The notes: generated by a model from the letters alone, not told the origin. Shown: positions 19,562-29,725, numbered from the stretch's first letter. The stretch is 64,000 bases of DNA from an uncultured Spirochaetota bacterium (GCA_963734545.1 CAVTHO010000008.1:672001-736000); one strand, 5' to 3'. A program made the numbers and translations.

Positions 19562-20479
19562 TTGAGAAATCTGATCACCACACTCGGCAGACTCAGCGAG
19601 GACGCCGCGGGCGCTATCCTCCCCCACGAGCACGTCTTCGTGGACCTGCGGACGCCGGATCACCCCGAGCATGGCCGCGCAGAGACCGCGGAGGTCGTGC
19701 GGATCATGACACCCGAGCTGCGCAGGGCGCGTGCCTCCGGCATCGGGGTGATCGTGGAGGCGAGCACCGTGGGCGTGGGGAGGCGCGCGGACATCCTTCG
19801 GGCCGTGTCTGAAGAGGCGGGGCTCGCGCTCGTGGTGCCGACTGGTGTCTATCGCGAGCCATGGATCCCCGGATGGGTGCACCAGGCGAGCGAGGAGGAG
19901 CTCTTCCGGTGGATGCGCGGAGAGCTCGAGGGAGAAATCGAGGCGAGTGGGGTCAGCGCGGGCTGGATCAAGCTGAGCGCGGGTGACGATGGGCTCACGG
20001 ACTGTGAAACCAAGGTCCTGCGCGCGGCCGGCAGGGCGGCAAAGGAGACCGGGGCGGTCATCGGAAGTCACACCATTCGGGGCCGCGTGGTGAGAGACCA
20101 GCTGCGTATTCTCCAGGGCCTCGGCCTGGCGCCGGACAGGTTCATCTGGATCCACACGCAGGCGGAAAACGACTTCGCCTTTCATCTCGAGGCCGCACGG
20201 CAGGGCGCCTGGCTCGAATACGACGGGATCGGAAGCCCGGAATCCGATGCGTCATACGCGGGCAGCATCCTGAAGGCGCTGGAGGCGGGACTCGCGAAGC
20301 AGATCCTGCTCAGCCAGGACAGGGGACAGTATGATCCGGCCAGGCCGCGGGGGGGCGAGCAGAAGCCCTATACGTACCTGACCGACGAGTTCCTGCCGAA
20401 GCTGCGAGCCGCGGGTGTGGATGAAGGGACGATCCGCCAGCTCACACGCTCCAATCCGTTCGCCGCATTTTCGCGCTGA
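19562..20479 (+). CDS. Phosphotriesterase-like amidohydrolase (PTE/PHP family)
   Basis: PHEH, VGR, PTG, WIK, SHT, IHTQ, YDG, SQD metal-binding pattern. Confidence 0.9.
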   Translation: MRNLITTLGRLSEDAAGAILPHEHVFVDLRTPDHPEHGRAETAEVVRIMTPELRRARASGIGVIVEASTVGVGRRADILRAVSEEAGLALVVPTGVYREPWIPGWVHQASEEELFRWMRGELEGEIEASGVSAGWIKLSAGDDGLTDCETKVLRAAGRAAKETGAVIGSHTIRGRVVRDQLRILQGLGLAPDRFIWIHTQAENDFAFHLEAARQGAWLEYDGIGSPESDASYAGSILKALEAGLAKQILLSQDRGQYDPARPRGGEQKPYTYLTDEFLPKLRAAGVDEGTIRQLTRSNPFAAFSR

Positions 20480-20552
20480 GTGCTCCCTGACCGTTCGGCG
20501 AGTACCCGCTGCCCGGGTCCCTGTGTAACTTGAATGCGGAAAGGGGATCGAT

Positions 20553-21440
20553 ATGGCGAATGCATTGAAGGAGCTGTCAACCTCCCTGCGGGAGGCGGTT
20601 CGGCGGGCAGGAGCGTACACCGTCGGCCTGGAGCGCGAACCTTATGCGGTGAGCGGCGTGCTGATCGGGGGGGACAGGGTGCTGAGCGCGAGCCACCTCG
20701 TCCCTGACGAGGGAATCGAGGTCATCATGCCGGATGGAAAGAAGCTCGAGGCAAAAGTGGGCGGCCGGGACCCGATACATGACCTGGTCCTGCTGCGCCT
20801 GGCCGCGGGCGGCAAGTGGCCGGTGCCGGCCGCCGCCGCGGTGGAGCTGGGCGATCTGGTGGTGACGCTGAAGCGCGACACCTTCGACGGGATCAACGCC
20901 GCGCTCGCCATGGTGAGCGCGGTGGGCGCCAGGCTGCGTCTCGGCCGGGCGGGCGTGCTGGAGCGCTACCTGCAGACCGACGCTGACCGGCTCACCGGGA
21001 GCACCGGGGGGCCGCTGGCGGACGCGGAAGGAGCCTTTGCCGGCATCCAGGTTTTCAATCGCCGCATGGGCGCGGAGGTTGCCGTTCCCGCCGACCTGGC
21101 GCTGGCGCGCGCACGCCTGCTGGAAGAGAAGGGAAGCGTGGCCCGGCCCTACCTCGGCGTGAGGAGCCAGTCCGTCAAGCTCTCGAAGGCCGCTCGTGAC
21201 GCCGTGAAAGGCAGGCAGGAGGCAGGGCTCCTCCTCGTGTGGGTGGAGGCGGGCAGCGCCGCCGAGCGCGCGGGTCTCGAAGTCGGGGACATCCTGGCGG
21301 GCTTTGCCGGCGCGCCGGTCACCGACCACGAGCAGCTTGTGTCCCTGATGGCGGAGCGCGGCGCCGGCGCGGCGGTGGAGGTGGAGGTGATTCGCGGCGG
21401 CTCGCCGCGCACCCTGTCCGTCTCCCTCGGCAGCGCATGA
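20553..21440 (+). CDS. Trypsin-like (S1C/HtrA-like) domain + PDZ protein, nucleophile position Thr
   Basis: SASH, HDLVLL, GSTGGPL, RPYLGV, GSAAERAGLEVGDIL; no signal peptide. Confidence 0.85.
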   Translation: MANALKELSTSLREAVRRAGAYTVGLEREPYAVSGVLIGGDRVLSASHLVPDEGIEVIMPDGKKLEAKVGGRDPIHDLVLLRLAAGGKWPVPAAAAVELGDLVVTLKRDTFDGINAALAMVSAVGARLRLGRAGVLERYLQTDADRLTGSTGGPLADAEGAFAGIQVFNRRMGAEVAVPADLALARARLLEEKGSVARPYLGVRSQSVKLSKAARDAVKGRQEAGLLLVWVEAGSAAERAGLEVGDILAGFAGAPVTDHEQLVSLMAERGAGAAVEVEVIRGGSPRTLSVSLGSA

Positions 21441-21817
21441 ACCGGCCGCGCCCCCGCGCGCGCGTCGTGGTGCGGGCGCGTGATCCCCTGCTGCGGTCCC
21501 TGATCGCCGAGCGCCTCTCGGGGCTGGATGAGATTGCCGTGCAGGAGGACGCCGTCCGCCCCGCCGGGGCGGACGGCGGAATGGAAGCGGACGCGGTGGT
21601 CGAGGTGATGAGCGCCCCGCCGGACCTCACCCCGCGGGAGATGGAGGTGCTCGGTCTCCTGGCCGACGGGCTGGCCAACAAGGAGATCGGGGCGCGGCTC
21701 GGTATCAGCGCGCATACCGCCAAGTTTCACGTGGAATCCCTGCTGCGGAAACTGGACGCGGCCAACAGGGCGGAGGCAGTGCGGGAGGGAATCCGCCGCG
21801 GATTGATCGGCGTGTGA
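21437..21817 (+). CDS. LuxR/NarL-family HTH regulator with truncated receiver region
   Basis: LTPREMEVL..LADGLANKEIGARLGISAHTAKFHV; ATGA overlap with upstream gene. Confidence 0.9.
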   Translation: MNRPRPRARVVVRARDPLLRSLIAERLSGLDEIAVQEDAVRPAGADGGMEADAVVEVMSAPPDLTPREMEVLGLLADGLANKEIGARLGISAHTAKFHVESLLRKLDAANRAEAVREGIRRGLIGV

Positions 21818-21886
21818 CGAGCTTCTCTTCACGGGCTCTTGTTTTCTCGCATGCGGACCCATATCTTTGAAAACCAAGAGCAGAAC

Positions 21887-23671
21887 ATGAAAGAGAAAGA
21901 GGCAAAAGGCGGAAGCCGCGGCATAAGAAGCCTGTCGTCGCTCCTCCCCTACATGGGAAAGCACTGGGTTGCCCTGGCCGTGGGCTTCGCTTTCATGCTC
22001 ATTCAGAACTACGGCGCCGTGCGCGTGCCCGCATATTTCCAGAAGATCCTCGACGAGCTCACCGGCGCCAACCGGGGGGCGGTCATCGGAAGCCTGATCC
22101 TCACTGCCTGCCTGTATGCCGCCCTCACCGTGGTCTCGATGTACCTCATGCGGAGGCTCATCATCGGCGTCTCCCGCCAGATCGAGTATCGGCTGCGGGA
22201 GCGCATCTATGACCGGCTGCTGCAGCTCGACTATACATTCTTCCAGGCGCACGAAACGGGGGACCTGGTCTCCCGCACGACCAATGACCTGGACAATGTG
22301 CGGACCCTTCTCGGACCGGGGATCATGTACATCCCCAACTCCCTCAGCATGTTCGTGCTTTTTTTCCCCGTGCTGTTCCGGCTGAACGGTCTGCTCATGG
22401 TCCTCGTGTCCTCGGTCTTTGTCGCGGTGATCGCGCTCGTCTTCATCGTGCTCCCCCGCCTGCAGCCGTATTTCCTCAGGATCCAGGAGTCCACCGGCCG
22501 GATAAACAGCCGCGTGTGGCAGGTGGTGTCGGGAATCACGACGGTGAAGCTGCACACCATGGAGCCGGGCGAGGAGGAGCGGTTCGTCACGCTGAACAGG
22601 GAGTTTCTCCGGCGCAACATGGCCACGGTGAAAATCCAGGAGTTTCTCTGGCCGACCTTCATATTCGTCTTCTCCCTCACGCAGCTCGTCATCATATTCG
22701 TCGGGGGCCGGCAGGTGATATCCGGTGCAATGAGCCTGGGACAGCTCCTCCAGTTCAACGTGATGATCACCACCCTCACCTTCCCCGTGCTCTCGCTGGG
22801 CTGGATCATGTCGATGATCCAGCAGGGCATCAGCGCCATGGGCAGGATCAACACGATCCTCCAGGGACCTGTCGAGCAGCGCGCGGACTGGCAGAGGCTG
22901 CACGGCCCCACCGTGGCATTCGAGGTGAAGGATCTCAGCTTCTCCTACGCGGGGCACGAGAAGCCCTGCCTCAGGAACGTGAGCCTTTCGATATCGCCGG
23001 GAGATTTCATCGGCATCACGGGCACCATCGGGAGCGGAAAGTCCACGCTCGTGAACGTCTTGACCGGACTCCTGAAGCCGGATCGGGGCACCGTGTTCGT
23101 CAATGGCACGGACATCCGCGACATCGAGCCTGCCGCGCTGCTGCAGAACTTCGGCATCGTATCCCAGTCCCCGTTTCTCTTCTCCCGCACCCTGGCGGAG
23201 AACATCGCGATGGGAAAGGACGGCGCGCCGGACCATCCGCAGGTGAAGGAAGCAGCAGAGCTCGCGGGCCTGGCCGGAGACGTGGCGTCCTTCCCGGAGG
23301 GCTACGGCCAGATGGTCGGCGAGCGCGGAATCACCCTTTCGGGCGGACAGAAACAGCGGACCGCGATTGCGCGCGCGCTCATGAAAGACAGCCCCATCGT
23401 CATCCTCGACGACTCCCTTTCCAGCGTGGACGCGCGCACCGAGTCCACCATCATAGACAACCTGCGGCGTCTCAAGGGTGAGAAGACGCTGATCGTTGTT
23501 TCCCACAGGATCTCTCCATTGAAAGGTGCGGACCGTATCTACGTGATGGAAGACGGAAGAATCGTCGAGCAGGGATCCCACGCGGACCTCGTCACCCGGG
23601 GGGGATTGTACGAGCGGCTCGTGCGCTACCAGCAGATGGAAAAGAGCATCGCGGCCCCGGAGGCGGTGTAG
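21887..23671 (+). CDS. ABC exporter half-transporter (MdlA-like)
   Basis: 6 TM + NBD; GTIGSGKS, LSGGQKQR, degenerate Walker B ILDD. Confidence 0.93.
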   Translation: MKEKEAKGGSRGIRSLSSLLPYMGKHWVALAVGFAFMLIQNYGAVRVPAYFQKILDELTGANRGAVIGSLILTACLYAALTVVSMYLMRRLIIGVSRQIEYRLRERIYDRLLQLDYTFFQAHETGDLVSRTTNDLDNVRTLLGPGIMYIPNSLSMFVLFFPVLFRLNGLLMVLVSSVFVAVIALVFIVLPRLQPYFLRIQESTGRINSRVWQVVSGITTVKLHTMEPGEEERFVTLNREFLRRNMATVKIQEFLWPTFIFVFSLTQLVIIFVGGRQVISGAMSLGQLLQFNVMITTLTFPVLSLGWIMSMIQQGISAMGRINTILQGPVEQRADWQRLHGPTVAFEVKDLSFSYAGHEKPCLRNVSLSISPGDFIGITGTIGSGKSTLVNVLTGLLKPDRGTVFVNGTDIRDIEPAALLQNFGIVSQSPFLFSRTLAENIAMGKDGAPDHPQVKEAAELAGLAGDVASFPEGYGQMVGERGITLSGGQKQRTAIARALMKDSPIVILDDSLSSVDARTESTIIDNLRRLKGEKTLIVVSHRISPLKGADRIYVMEDGRIVEQGSHADLVTRGGLYERLVRYQQMEKSIAAPEAV

Positions 23672-23674
23672 GAG

Positions 23675-25441
23675 ATGGCCGACGTGAAGGAAACAACAAA
23701 GCTGCGGGAGCCGAAGCTGCTGCGCAGGCTCCTGCCCTATGTCCGCCGCTACACGTGGCTGGGGGTCGGTTCGCTTCTCTGCCTCGTGATCGTCGACATC
23801 GCGAGCGTCCTGCAGCCCTACCTCGTGAAACATGCAATCGACGCCAACATCGTGCAAAGGGACCTGCAGGGTCTTGCGCGCACCGGCGTGCTTCTCGCCG
23901 TTGTGCTGCTGGCCGCGTACGCTTTCCAGGTCCTTTCGGCATACGGCATCCAGTATCTCGGCCAGAGGCTCCTCCTGGATCTCAGGATGGACCTGTTCCG
24001 CAAGGTGCTCGGGCTGTCAAACGACTATTTCGACAGGACCCCCGTGGGCAACACGCTCACCAACCTTTCCAACGATCTCGAGGCATTGCGCGAGTTCATC
24101 TCGGAGGGGATCGTGAGCGTGGCGGGAGACCTGCTGAAGGTGAGTCTCATCCTCGTTGCCATGCTCCTGATCAATTTCACGCTGGCGCTCGTGGCCTTCA
24201 TTACGATCCCGCTGTTCGTCACGGCCGCGCTGCTTTTCCGCGCGGGCATCCGCGCGGGCTTCCGCCAGGTGAGAAAGGCGAACGGGGAGATCAACGTGGC
24301 GTTGAGCGAGACGATCTCGGGTATCCGGGAGATCCACCAGTTCGGCTATGAAAAGGAGAGCCGTGACGCGTTCGCCCGCAACAACACGAGCTACCTCCGC
24401 GCGTATCTGAAGGTCGTCAACGCCTATGCACTGTTCTTTCCCGCCATCGAGATCGTGACAAACGCGAGCATGATCCTGACGATCTTCTTCGCCCACTTCT
24501 GGGTCGGGACCACGCTGCACATCGGCGAGATCTTCGCCTTCTTTGCGTACATCAACATGTTCTTCTGGCCCCTGCGGCAGCTCGCGGAGAAGTTCAACCT
24601 TCTGCAGTCCGCCGTGGCGGCCACGGAGCGGATCTTCAAGCTCATGGACGAAAAGGTGAGCATCGTCTCTCCTCCGGCGCGCAGCGGCGGCGCCCTGGCC
24701 TCCCCCGCCGAGCTGGTCTTCGAGGACGTCAGATTCAGCTATGCGCCGGATGCTCCCGTGCTGCGCGGCATCTCGTTCCGCGTGGCCCCCGGTGAAAAGG
24801 TGGCGATCGTCGGGCCCACGGGCGCCGGAAAGACGACTCTCATCAGCCTCGTGACGAGATTGTACGATGTGCAGGAAGGACGCATCCTGCTGGACGGCGT
24901 GAACATCCGGGAGATCCCGCTGCGGGAGCTTCGCCGCGCGGTGGGCACGGTACCGCAGGACGTTTTCCTCTTCACGGGCACCGTGGCGGAGAACATCTCG
25001 CTGTATCAGCCGACCGTCGACTGGCGCGCGGTGGAGCACGCCGCCCAGGAAGTGCGCGCCAACCATTTCATCGCAAAGCTTCCCCTGGGCTACGGCGAGG
25101 ACGTCGGGGAGGAGGGAAAACGGCTGTCGGAAGGCCAGCGGCAGCTCCTGGGGCTCTCACGTGCCTTTGCGCGGAACCCCTCACTGGTGATTCTCGACGA
25201 GGCGACCTCCAACATCGATTCGGAGACCGAGCACCTCATCGGCGAGGGGATTCACAGGCTGCTCGAGAACCGCACCGCGCTGATCATCGCGCACCGGCTC
25301 TCCACGATCCGCTCCGTGGACCGTATTCTGGTCATGCACGGTGGTGAGCTCGTCCAGGAGGGAAGCCACGACGAGCTTATCTCGCAGGACGGCCTCTACC
25401 GGCAGCTCTACGAGATGCAGTCCCTCATGCTCGCGGGTTGA
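23675..25441 (+). CDS. ABC exporter half-transporter (MdlB-like)
   Basis: GPTGAGKT, degenerate signature LSEGQ, ILDEATS, AHRLST; complementary degeneracy implies a heterodimer with the upstream gene. Confidence 0.93.
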   Translation: MADVKETTKLREPKLLRRLLPYVRRYTWLGVGSLLCLVIVDIASVLQPYLVKHAIDANIVQRDLQGLARTGVLLAVVLLAAYAFQVLSAYGIQYLGQRLLLDLRMDLFRKVLGLSNDYFDRTPVGNTLTNLSNDLEALREFISEGIVSVAGDLLKVSLILVAMLLINFTLALVAFITIPLFVTAALLFRAGIRAGFRQVRKANGEINVALSETISGIREIHQFGYEKESRDAFARNNTSYLRAYLKVVNAYALFFPAIEIVTNASMILTIFFAHFWVGTTLHIGEIFAFFAYINMFFWPLRQLAEKFNLLQSAVAATERIFKLMDEKVSIVSPPARSGGALASPAELVFEDVRFSYAPDAPVLRGISFRVAPGEKVAIVGPTGAGKTTLISLVTRLYDVQEGRILLDGVNIREIPLRELRRAVGTVPQDVFLFTGTVAENISLYQPTVDWRAVEHAAQEVRANHFIAKLPLGYGEDVGEEGKRLSEGQRQLLGLSRAFARNPSLVILDEATSNIDSETEHLIGEGIHRLLENRTALIIAHRLSTIRSVDRILVMHGGELVQEGSHDELISQDGLYRQLYEMQSLMLAG

Positions 25442-25475
25442 TGATGCGAATCCGCGGAATACCGCAGTGCGCCGT

Positions 25476-26129
25476 TCAATAGCGCCAGCCGAGGAGCCCC
25501 ATCCCGACGATGTTCATGACAATCGGCACCGCGTAGATGACGCCCACTACGGAGAGCTTTGATCGGAGCGAGCCGAGCCGCAGGACGAGGTTGATGGCAG
25601 CGAAGAACTCGAAATAGCCGAACAGGAATATCAACCAGATACCGCCGATCGAGCGCTTCCAGAAGGGATACTCCCAGACCAGATGGCCGCCGATGTTGAG
25701 GATGCATTCCACGAGCACGCAGAATGCCGAGAACCCGATGGCCCAGAACCATCTGCTCGGCAGGCCCAGGATGCGCTCCGCGGGGTTCTCCGCGCACATG
25801 TAGTAGAAGATTATGCCCGCGAGCGCGAACATGAACATGATTTCGATGTTCCAGCCCACCATCGTCCGAAGGGCGGTGTCTCCCGGCGTGGTCCAGAACG
25901 CCGACCGGCCCGAGATATTGAGCGCCCATCCGTTCCACGTTTCATTGAAGAAATCCATGCCGAAGAGGGTCAGGCCCGCGATCACGGGGTCCCAGTTGCG
26001 GCTCTGCCTGGCCTTCCGCATCTCGATGGCGTAGATATAGAGCACGACCGCCAGGAGCGGTATCACGTACCATTTGAGCATGGAGAAGTCGCGAAGATGA
26101 TCCAGGGCCCTCAGGGATGCTTCCGTCAT
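25476..26129 (-). CDS. Hypothetical multi-pass membrane protein
   Basis: 217 aa, ~6 TM, intramembrane acidic residues (DFFNE, WNIEI, VECILN). Confidence 0.75.
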   Translation of the reverse strand: MTEASLRALDHLRDFSMLKWYVIPLLAVVLYIYAIEMRKARQSRNWDPVIAGLTLFGMDFFNETWNGWALNISGRSAFWTTPGDTALRTMVGWNIEIMFMFALAGIIFYYMCAENPAERILGLPSRWFWAIGFSAFCVLVECILNIGGHLVWEYPFWKRSIGGIWLIFLFGYFEFFAAINLVLRLGSLRSKLSVVGVIYAVPIVMNIVGMGLLGWRY

Positions 26130-26142
26130 GGCTCCCGCTCCT

Positions 26143-28038
26143 TCAGCTGGTCTTCAGGATGACCAGCGTCTGATCGTCGTGCTGCTTTGCGAAGCCGGTA
26201 AAATCGTTCAAATCTTTCTGGATGAGGTTTTTCAGCTCTTCCGCCTTCTTCGAATAGTTCCCGCTCACAACGGACGCGAGACGCGTCTGGCCGTATTGTT
26301 CCCCCTCCTGGTTCAGCGCCTCGGTGATGCCGTCCGTGTACAGCACGGCGATGTCGCCGGGATTGAGGGAGACATTCTTCATGTGGTACGCGGAGGCGCG
26401 GTCGATTCCGATGGGAAGCCCTTCCATGTCCACCTGCTCGATGGTCTCGGATTCCACGCGGAACACCAGGAGCGGGAGGTGGCCCGCGTTTGTGTACTGG
26501 AGGGAACGTGTCGCCTCGTCGAAGCTCACGATACAGAGAGTGGCAAAGCGATCCACGTCCACCTGCCCGACGAGACCCCGGTTGATCCAGGTGAGCGTGG
26601 TGGCGATATCCCTCTTCGGGGAGGCCACCAGGTGAAAGATCGAATGAATCATGGCCATCACGAGGGCAGCGGGAAAACCTTTGCCCGCGACATCTCCCAC
26701 GACGACGACGAGCTTCTCCGGGTCCAGGCGATACAAGTCGTAATAGTCGCCGCTCACGCCGCGGACGGGAAGACTGTGCACGGCGAGCTCCGTCTTTTTC
26801 ATCCGGGGCATCGCTGCGGGAAGGAGCTTCTTCTGGATCTCCGCGGCAATGCCCAGCTCCCGCTCGATCTGCTTCTTCTCCAGTACTTCGAGGTACGTGA
26901 GGTGCATGTCGATGGACAGGGAGGCGTAGTCCGCGAAAGCCTTGAGATGCTCGAAGTCCTCATCCGAGAAGTACTGTCCCGGGGCCTGCTTGGAAACGGT
27001 GATCACCCCGAGGCTCCTCTTGGCCACGAGCAGAGGCACCACGATGAGCGAGCTGACCGGCGTCTGGCCGTCCTTCCTGCTTTCCGCGAACCTCTGCACG
27101 AGGACCGGGTCCGCTTTCTGAAACGACTCCCCGAGAACCGTCTTGCCCGGCTCGAGGCTCAGTGAATACAGATAGTCCTCGAGACGGCTCGACCTGATCT
27201 TCACCATGTCCGGCACATCGAAGGGCGGCTCGTAGGTCCCTGCTATGGCGCGATACTTCAGCGCCTTCTGCCGCTCGTCCAGCATGAGGATGGCCCCGCC
27301 GTCCGCGTTCGTATTCTCGATGGCCGACCCCGCCACGATGGCGAGTATCTTCTCGATTTCGATCTTCTCACTGACCGCCGAGGAGAGCTTCTGCATGAAG
27401 TCGAAGACCTTTTCCCTGCTGCCGAGGAGAGATGAAATGGAGAGCTCCTTGACCGCAATTCCGTTCAAGGCAACGCGGAAAAAGACGATGAGGTGCGCCA
27501 TGTAGGCCAGGGGATAGACGACGGCCTGCGTGATCCAGGAATGGTACCCCCAGATCAGCATGGGGATATTGGCGAGAACGAAGAGATAGGTGATTCCCCT
27601 GCGCATCTGGATCACCTCCCCGGGGCTGGAGGTATTGAACGGGGTCACCTGGAACATCTGCACGCCCAGGTAGAGCACCAGCAGGTAGATCCAGCTGCTG
27701 CGGAAGAAGATGAACGAAGGCAGTATGCCCAGCAGGGCACGCTCCACGGGGCCGAGCACGATGATTGCGCCGAGGATGAGCGCCACCCAGTCCAGCTTCT
27801 TTCTTCCCGTGATCTTTCTCAGCCAGAACAGGTAGCAGAGGACCGCGCCGACATCGCCCATGGTGCAGATGAAATCCAGGGGAACGAGGATGTAGGCGAT
27901 ATCGCGCAGGGTGAAGACGAAGAAGAGCGTGAGAAAAGGGGTGAATGCCGCTCGCGACCCGCGGAGGAAAAAGAGCAGGCACAACAGGATGGCTGCCAGA
28001 AGAAAGAACTTCGGCAGGTAGAATGCCCACTGGATCAT
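26143..28038 (-). CDS. Membrane-anchored GAF + PP2C (SpoIIE/RsbU-type) phosphatase
   Basis: N-terminal TMs, GAF, ELGIAAEIQ, VSGDYYD, GDVAGKG, NAGH, YTDGITE, DDQT. Confidence 0.92.
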   Translation of the reverse strand: MIQWAFYLPKFFLLAAILLCLLFFLRGSRAAFTPFLTLFFVFTLRDIAYILVPLDFICTMGDVGAVLCYLFWLRKITGRKKLDWVALILGAIIVLGPVERALLGILPSFIFFRSSWIYLLVLYLGVQMFQVTPFNTSSPGEVIQMRRGITYLFVLANIPMLIWGYHSWITQAVVYPLAYMAHLIVFFRVALNGIAVKELSISSLLGSREKVFDFMQKLSSAVSEKIEIEKILAIVAGSAIENTNADGGAILMLDERQKALKYRAIAGTYEPPFDVPDMVKIRSSRLEDYLYSLSLEPGKTVLGESFQKADPVLVQRFAESRKDGQTPVSSLIVVPLLVAKRSLGVITVSKQAPGQYFSDEDFEHLKAFADYASLSIDMHLTYLEVLEKKQIERELGIAAEIQKKLLPAAMPRMKKTELAVHSLPVRGVSGDYYDLYRLDPEKLVVVVGDVAGKGFPAALVMAMIHSIFHLVASPKRDIATTLTWINRGLVGQVDVDRFATLCIVSFDEATRSLQYTNAGHLPLLVFRVESETIEQVDMEGLPIGIDRASAYHMKNVSLNPGDIAVLYTDGITEALNQEGEQYGQTRLASVVSGNYSKKAEELKNLIQKDLNDFTGFAKQHDDQTLVILKTS

Positions 28039-28199
28039 GAGACAGCCCGCTGCTTCACCGCATCCACTTTCTTGCGACCGTTATGGGGGATCGGTGTGCA
28101 TCTGTCAAGTGCAGGCGAAAATGGTGCCGGCGAAAATGGCCGAACTGGCTCCTCCGGAGCTATCTTATCCCCATCTCGATAGAGTAAGGAGGCTACAAG

Positions 28200-28856
28200 G
28201 TGAAATTTCGTTTTGTGATGGCTCCGCTGGCTGCAAGCTGTGCCATTGTTCTCTTGTCACTCGCCGGCTGCGCGTCGATGTCGGGCGCGTCGGGAAACGG
28301 GGGCGCCGCGTTCGCCCTGTCCACAACTGCCGTGCACGGCGCGCCGGAGACCGGCTTTGACAGCGGCCTGGTGTCCGTGGGGCGCCTGGACGCAATGTAC
28401 GGAGCCAAGGCGGGCGGACCCGCCAATCCCCGGTCCTTTCCCTTCACCTGGAAAAATCTCCCCGCGGGAACAAAGGCCCTTGCCGTTGTCCTCGATGACC
28501 CGGACGCCCGTCTCGTTCTGGCCGCCTTCGGCATGAGCGGCGACTTCTTCCTGCACTGGATCGCCGCGGACATCGACCCCTCCTCAGGCGGTCTGCCCGA
28601 CAATGCCGCGGCCACCATGTCGTTTCCGCAGGGCAAGAACGGGACCGGCAAGGTCGGATACACCGCGCCCCAGCCGCCCGCTGATGTTCCCAAGGACACC
28701 GACAAGGTGCGCATCCATATCTATCGCTTGAAGGTCTACGCTCTCTCCGCCCCCACCGGCCTCCAAACCGGATTCAGCCGCGAGGACCTGATGAACGCGA
28801 TAAAGGACACGACCCTCGCGATGACGCAGTTGAACGTCAGCTACAGCAATCAGTGA
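28200..28856 (+). CDS. YbhB/YbcL (PEBP, Raf kinase inhibitor-like) lipoprotein
   Basis: SD AAGGAGG; lipobox LAGC; DPDA, FLHW, GYTAPQPP, HIYRLKVYAL. Confidence 0.88.
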   Translation: MKFRFVMAPLAASCAIVLLSLAGCASMSGASGNGGAAFALSTTAVHGAPETGFDSGLVSVGRLDAMYGAKAGGPANPRSFPFTWKNLPAGTKALAVVLDDPDARLVLAAFGMSGDFFLHWIAADIDPSSGGLPDNAAATMSFPQGKNGTGKVGYTAPQPPADVPKDTDKVRIHIYRLKVYALSAPTGLQTGFSREDLMNAIKDTTLAMTQLNVSYSNQ

Positions 28857-28866
28857 TCGATAGTCC

Positions 28867-28899
28867 TTCAGCTATCCGGCGGGCCGCCGGATAGCTGAA
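28867..28899. terminator. Perfect inverted repeat between convergent genes (bidirectional terminator-like)
   Basis: TTCAGCTATCCGGCG-GGC-CGCCGGATAGCTGAA, 15-bp stem. Confidence 0.75.
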
Positions 28900-28909
28900 C
28901 AGGTCCGTG

Positions 28910-29725
28910 TCAGCGCGCGTTCGCCTCTTCCAGGATCATCGCGACTTGCGCCACGTCCTTCGGGTAAGTTTCAGAAAGACGCTTCTTCTTCAGGTTCTCC
29001 CTGATTATCCACGCCATGTCGGGATCGCGGACGGCCGCGCTCTTTCTCATCAACGCAAATCCCTCCGCGGGACAGAACTGGACAAAGACGCTCAGGGCAT
29101 ACCCGAGCCCCTGCCTGAGTATCTTGAACGCCTCGTCTTTCCTGGTCTTCGGGTCCGATCGCGACACGGAAGCGAGCAGCGTGCGGGAGACATCCAGGCT
29201 GAACAACGCGAACTCGGGGTCCTTCAGGATGGGTGGGTGAGCAAGAGCGGCGGCGATCGCCCGTTTCTCGAGAAGGGACGACTCGGGCAGCCAGTCCGTC
29301 ACGATTTCCCGCAAGGCAGGCAGGTCCTTCTCTCCGATGAGCTGCAGCCCCTGCGCCACGGCTTCACGGGTGCGCCATCGTTTGTCCGAGGCTGCGGCCT
29401 TCAGGGCGGCCAGCGCCGCGCGCCGCCTTGGACGGGGCAGCCCCGCTCCGTAGAGCGCTCCCAGGGCAAGGAGCCCGCAGAAAGGGAGGAACTCCTTCGG
29501 CGTGTTGACAGGCGCCTTGGAGGCGGATGTCGCGGCCATCTCCAGGAGGAACTCCCATTGCCAGTCTTCCAGCCGCATGCGGGCAACTGAATCGGCGAAG
29601 GAATGCGCCAGCTCGAGGTTTCCACGCGGCCCGGGCAGCCCGGAGTTCTTCTGTAAAAAAGCGCGCAGCTCTTCACGTTGACCGCGCGACTTGAGCATGA
29701 TCCCGAACGCGGGGAATGATTTCAT
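28910..29725 (-). CDS. HEAT/ARM-repeat protein
   Basis: SGLPGPRGNLELA, ASDKRWRTREAVAQGLQ, WIIRENLKKKRL; all-helical. Confidence 0.75.
   Translation of the reverse strand: MKSFPAFGIMLKSRGQREELRAFLQKNSGLPGPRGNLELAHSFADSVARMRLEDWQWEFLLEMAATSASKAPVNTPKEFLPFCGLLALGALYGAGLPRPRRRAALAALKAAASDKRWRTREAVAQGLQLIGEKDLPALREIVTDWLPESSLLEKRAIAAALAHPPILKDPEFALFSLDVSRTLLASVSRSDPKTRKDEAFKILRQGLGYALSVFVQFCPAEGFALMRKSAAVRDPDMAWIIRENLKKKRLSETYPKDVAQVAMILEEANAR

Noticed and set aside
21149-23857. Long antisense ORFs (902 aa here; also 41986..44271, 12171..13910, 24017..25066)
   Set aside because: Shadow frames of real genes, expected with high GC3; no recognisable motifs
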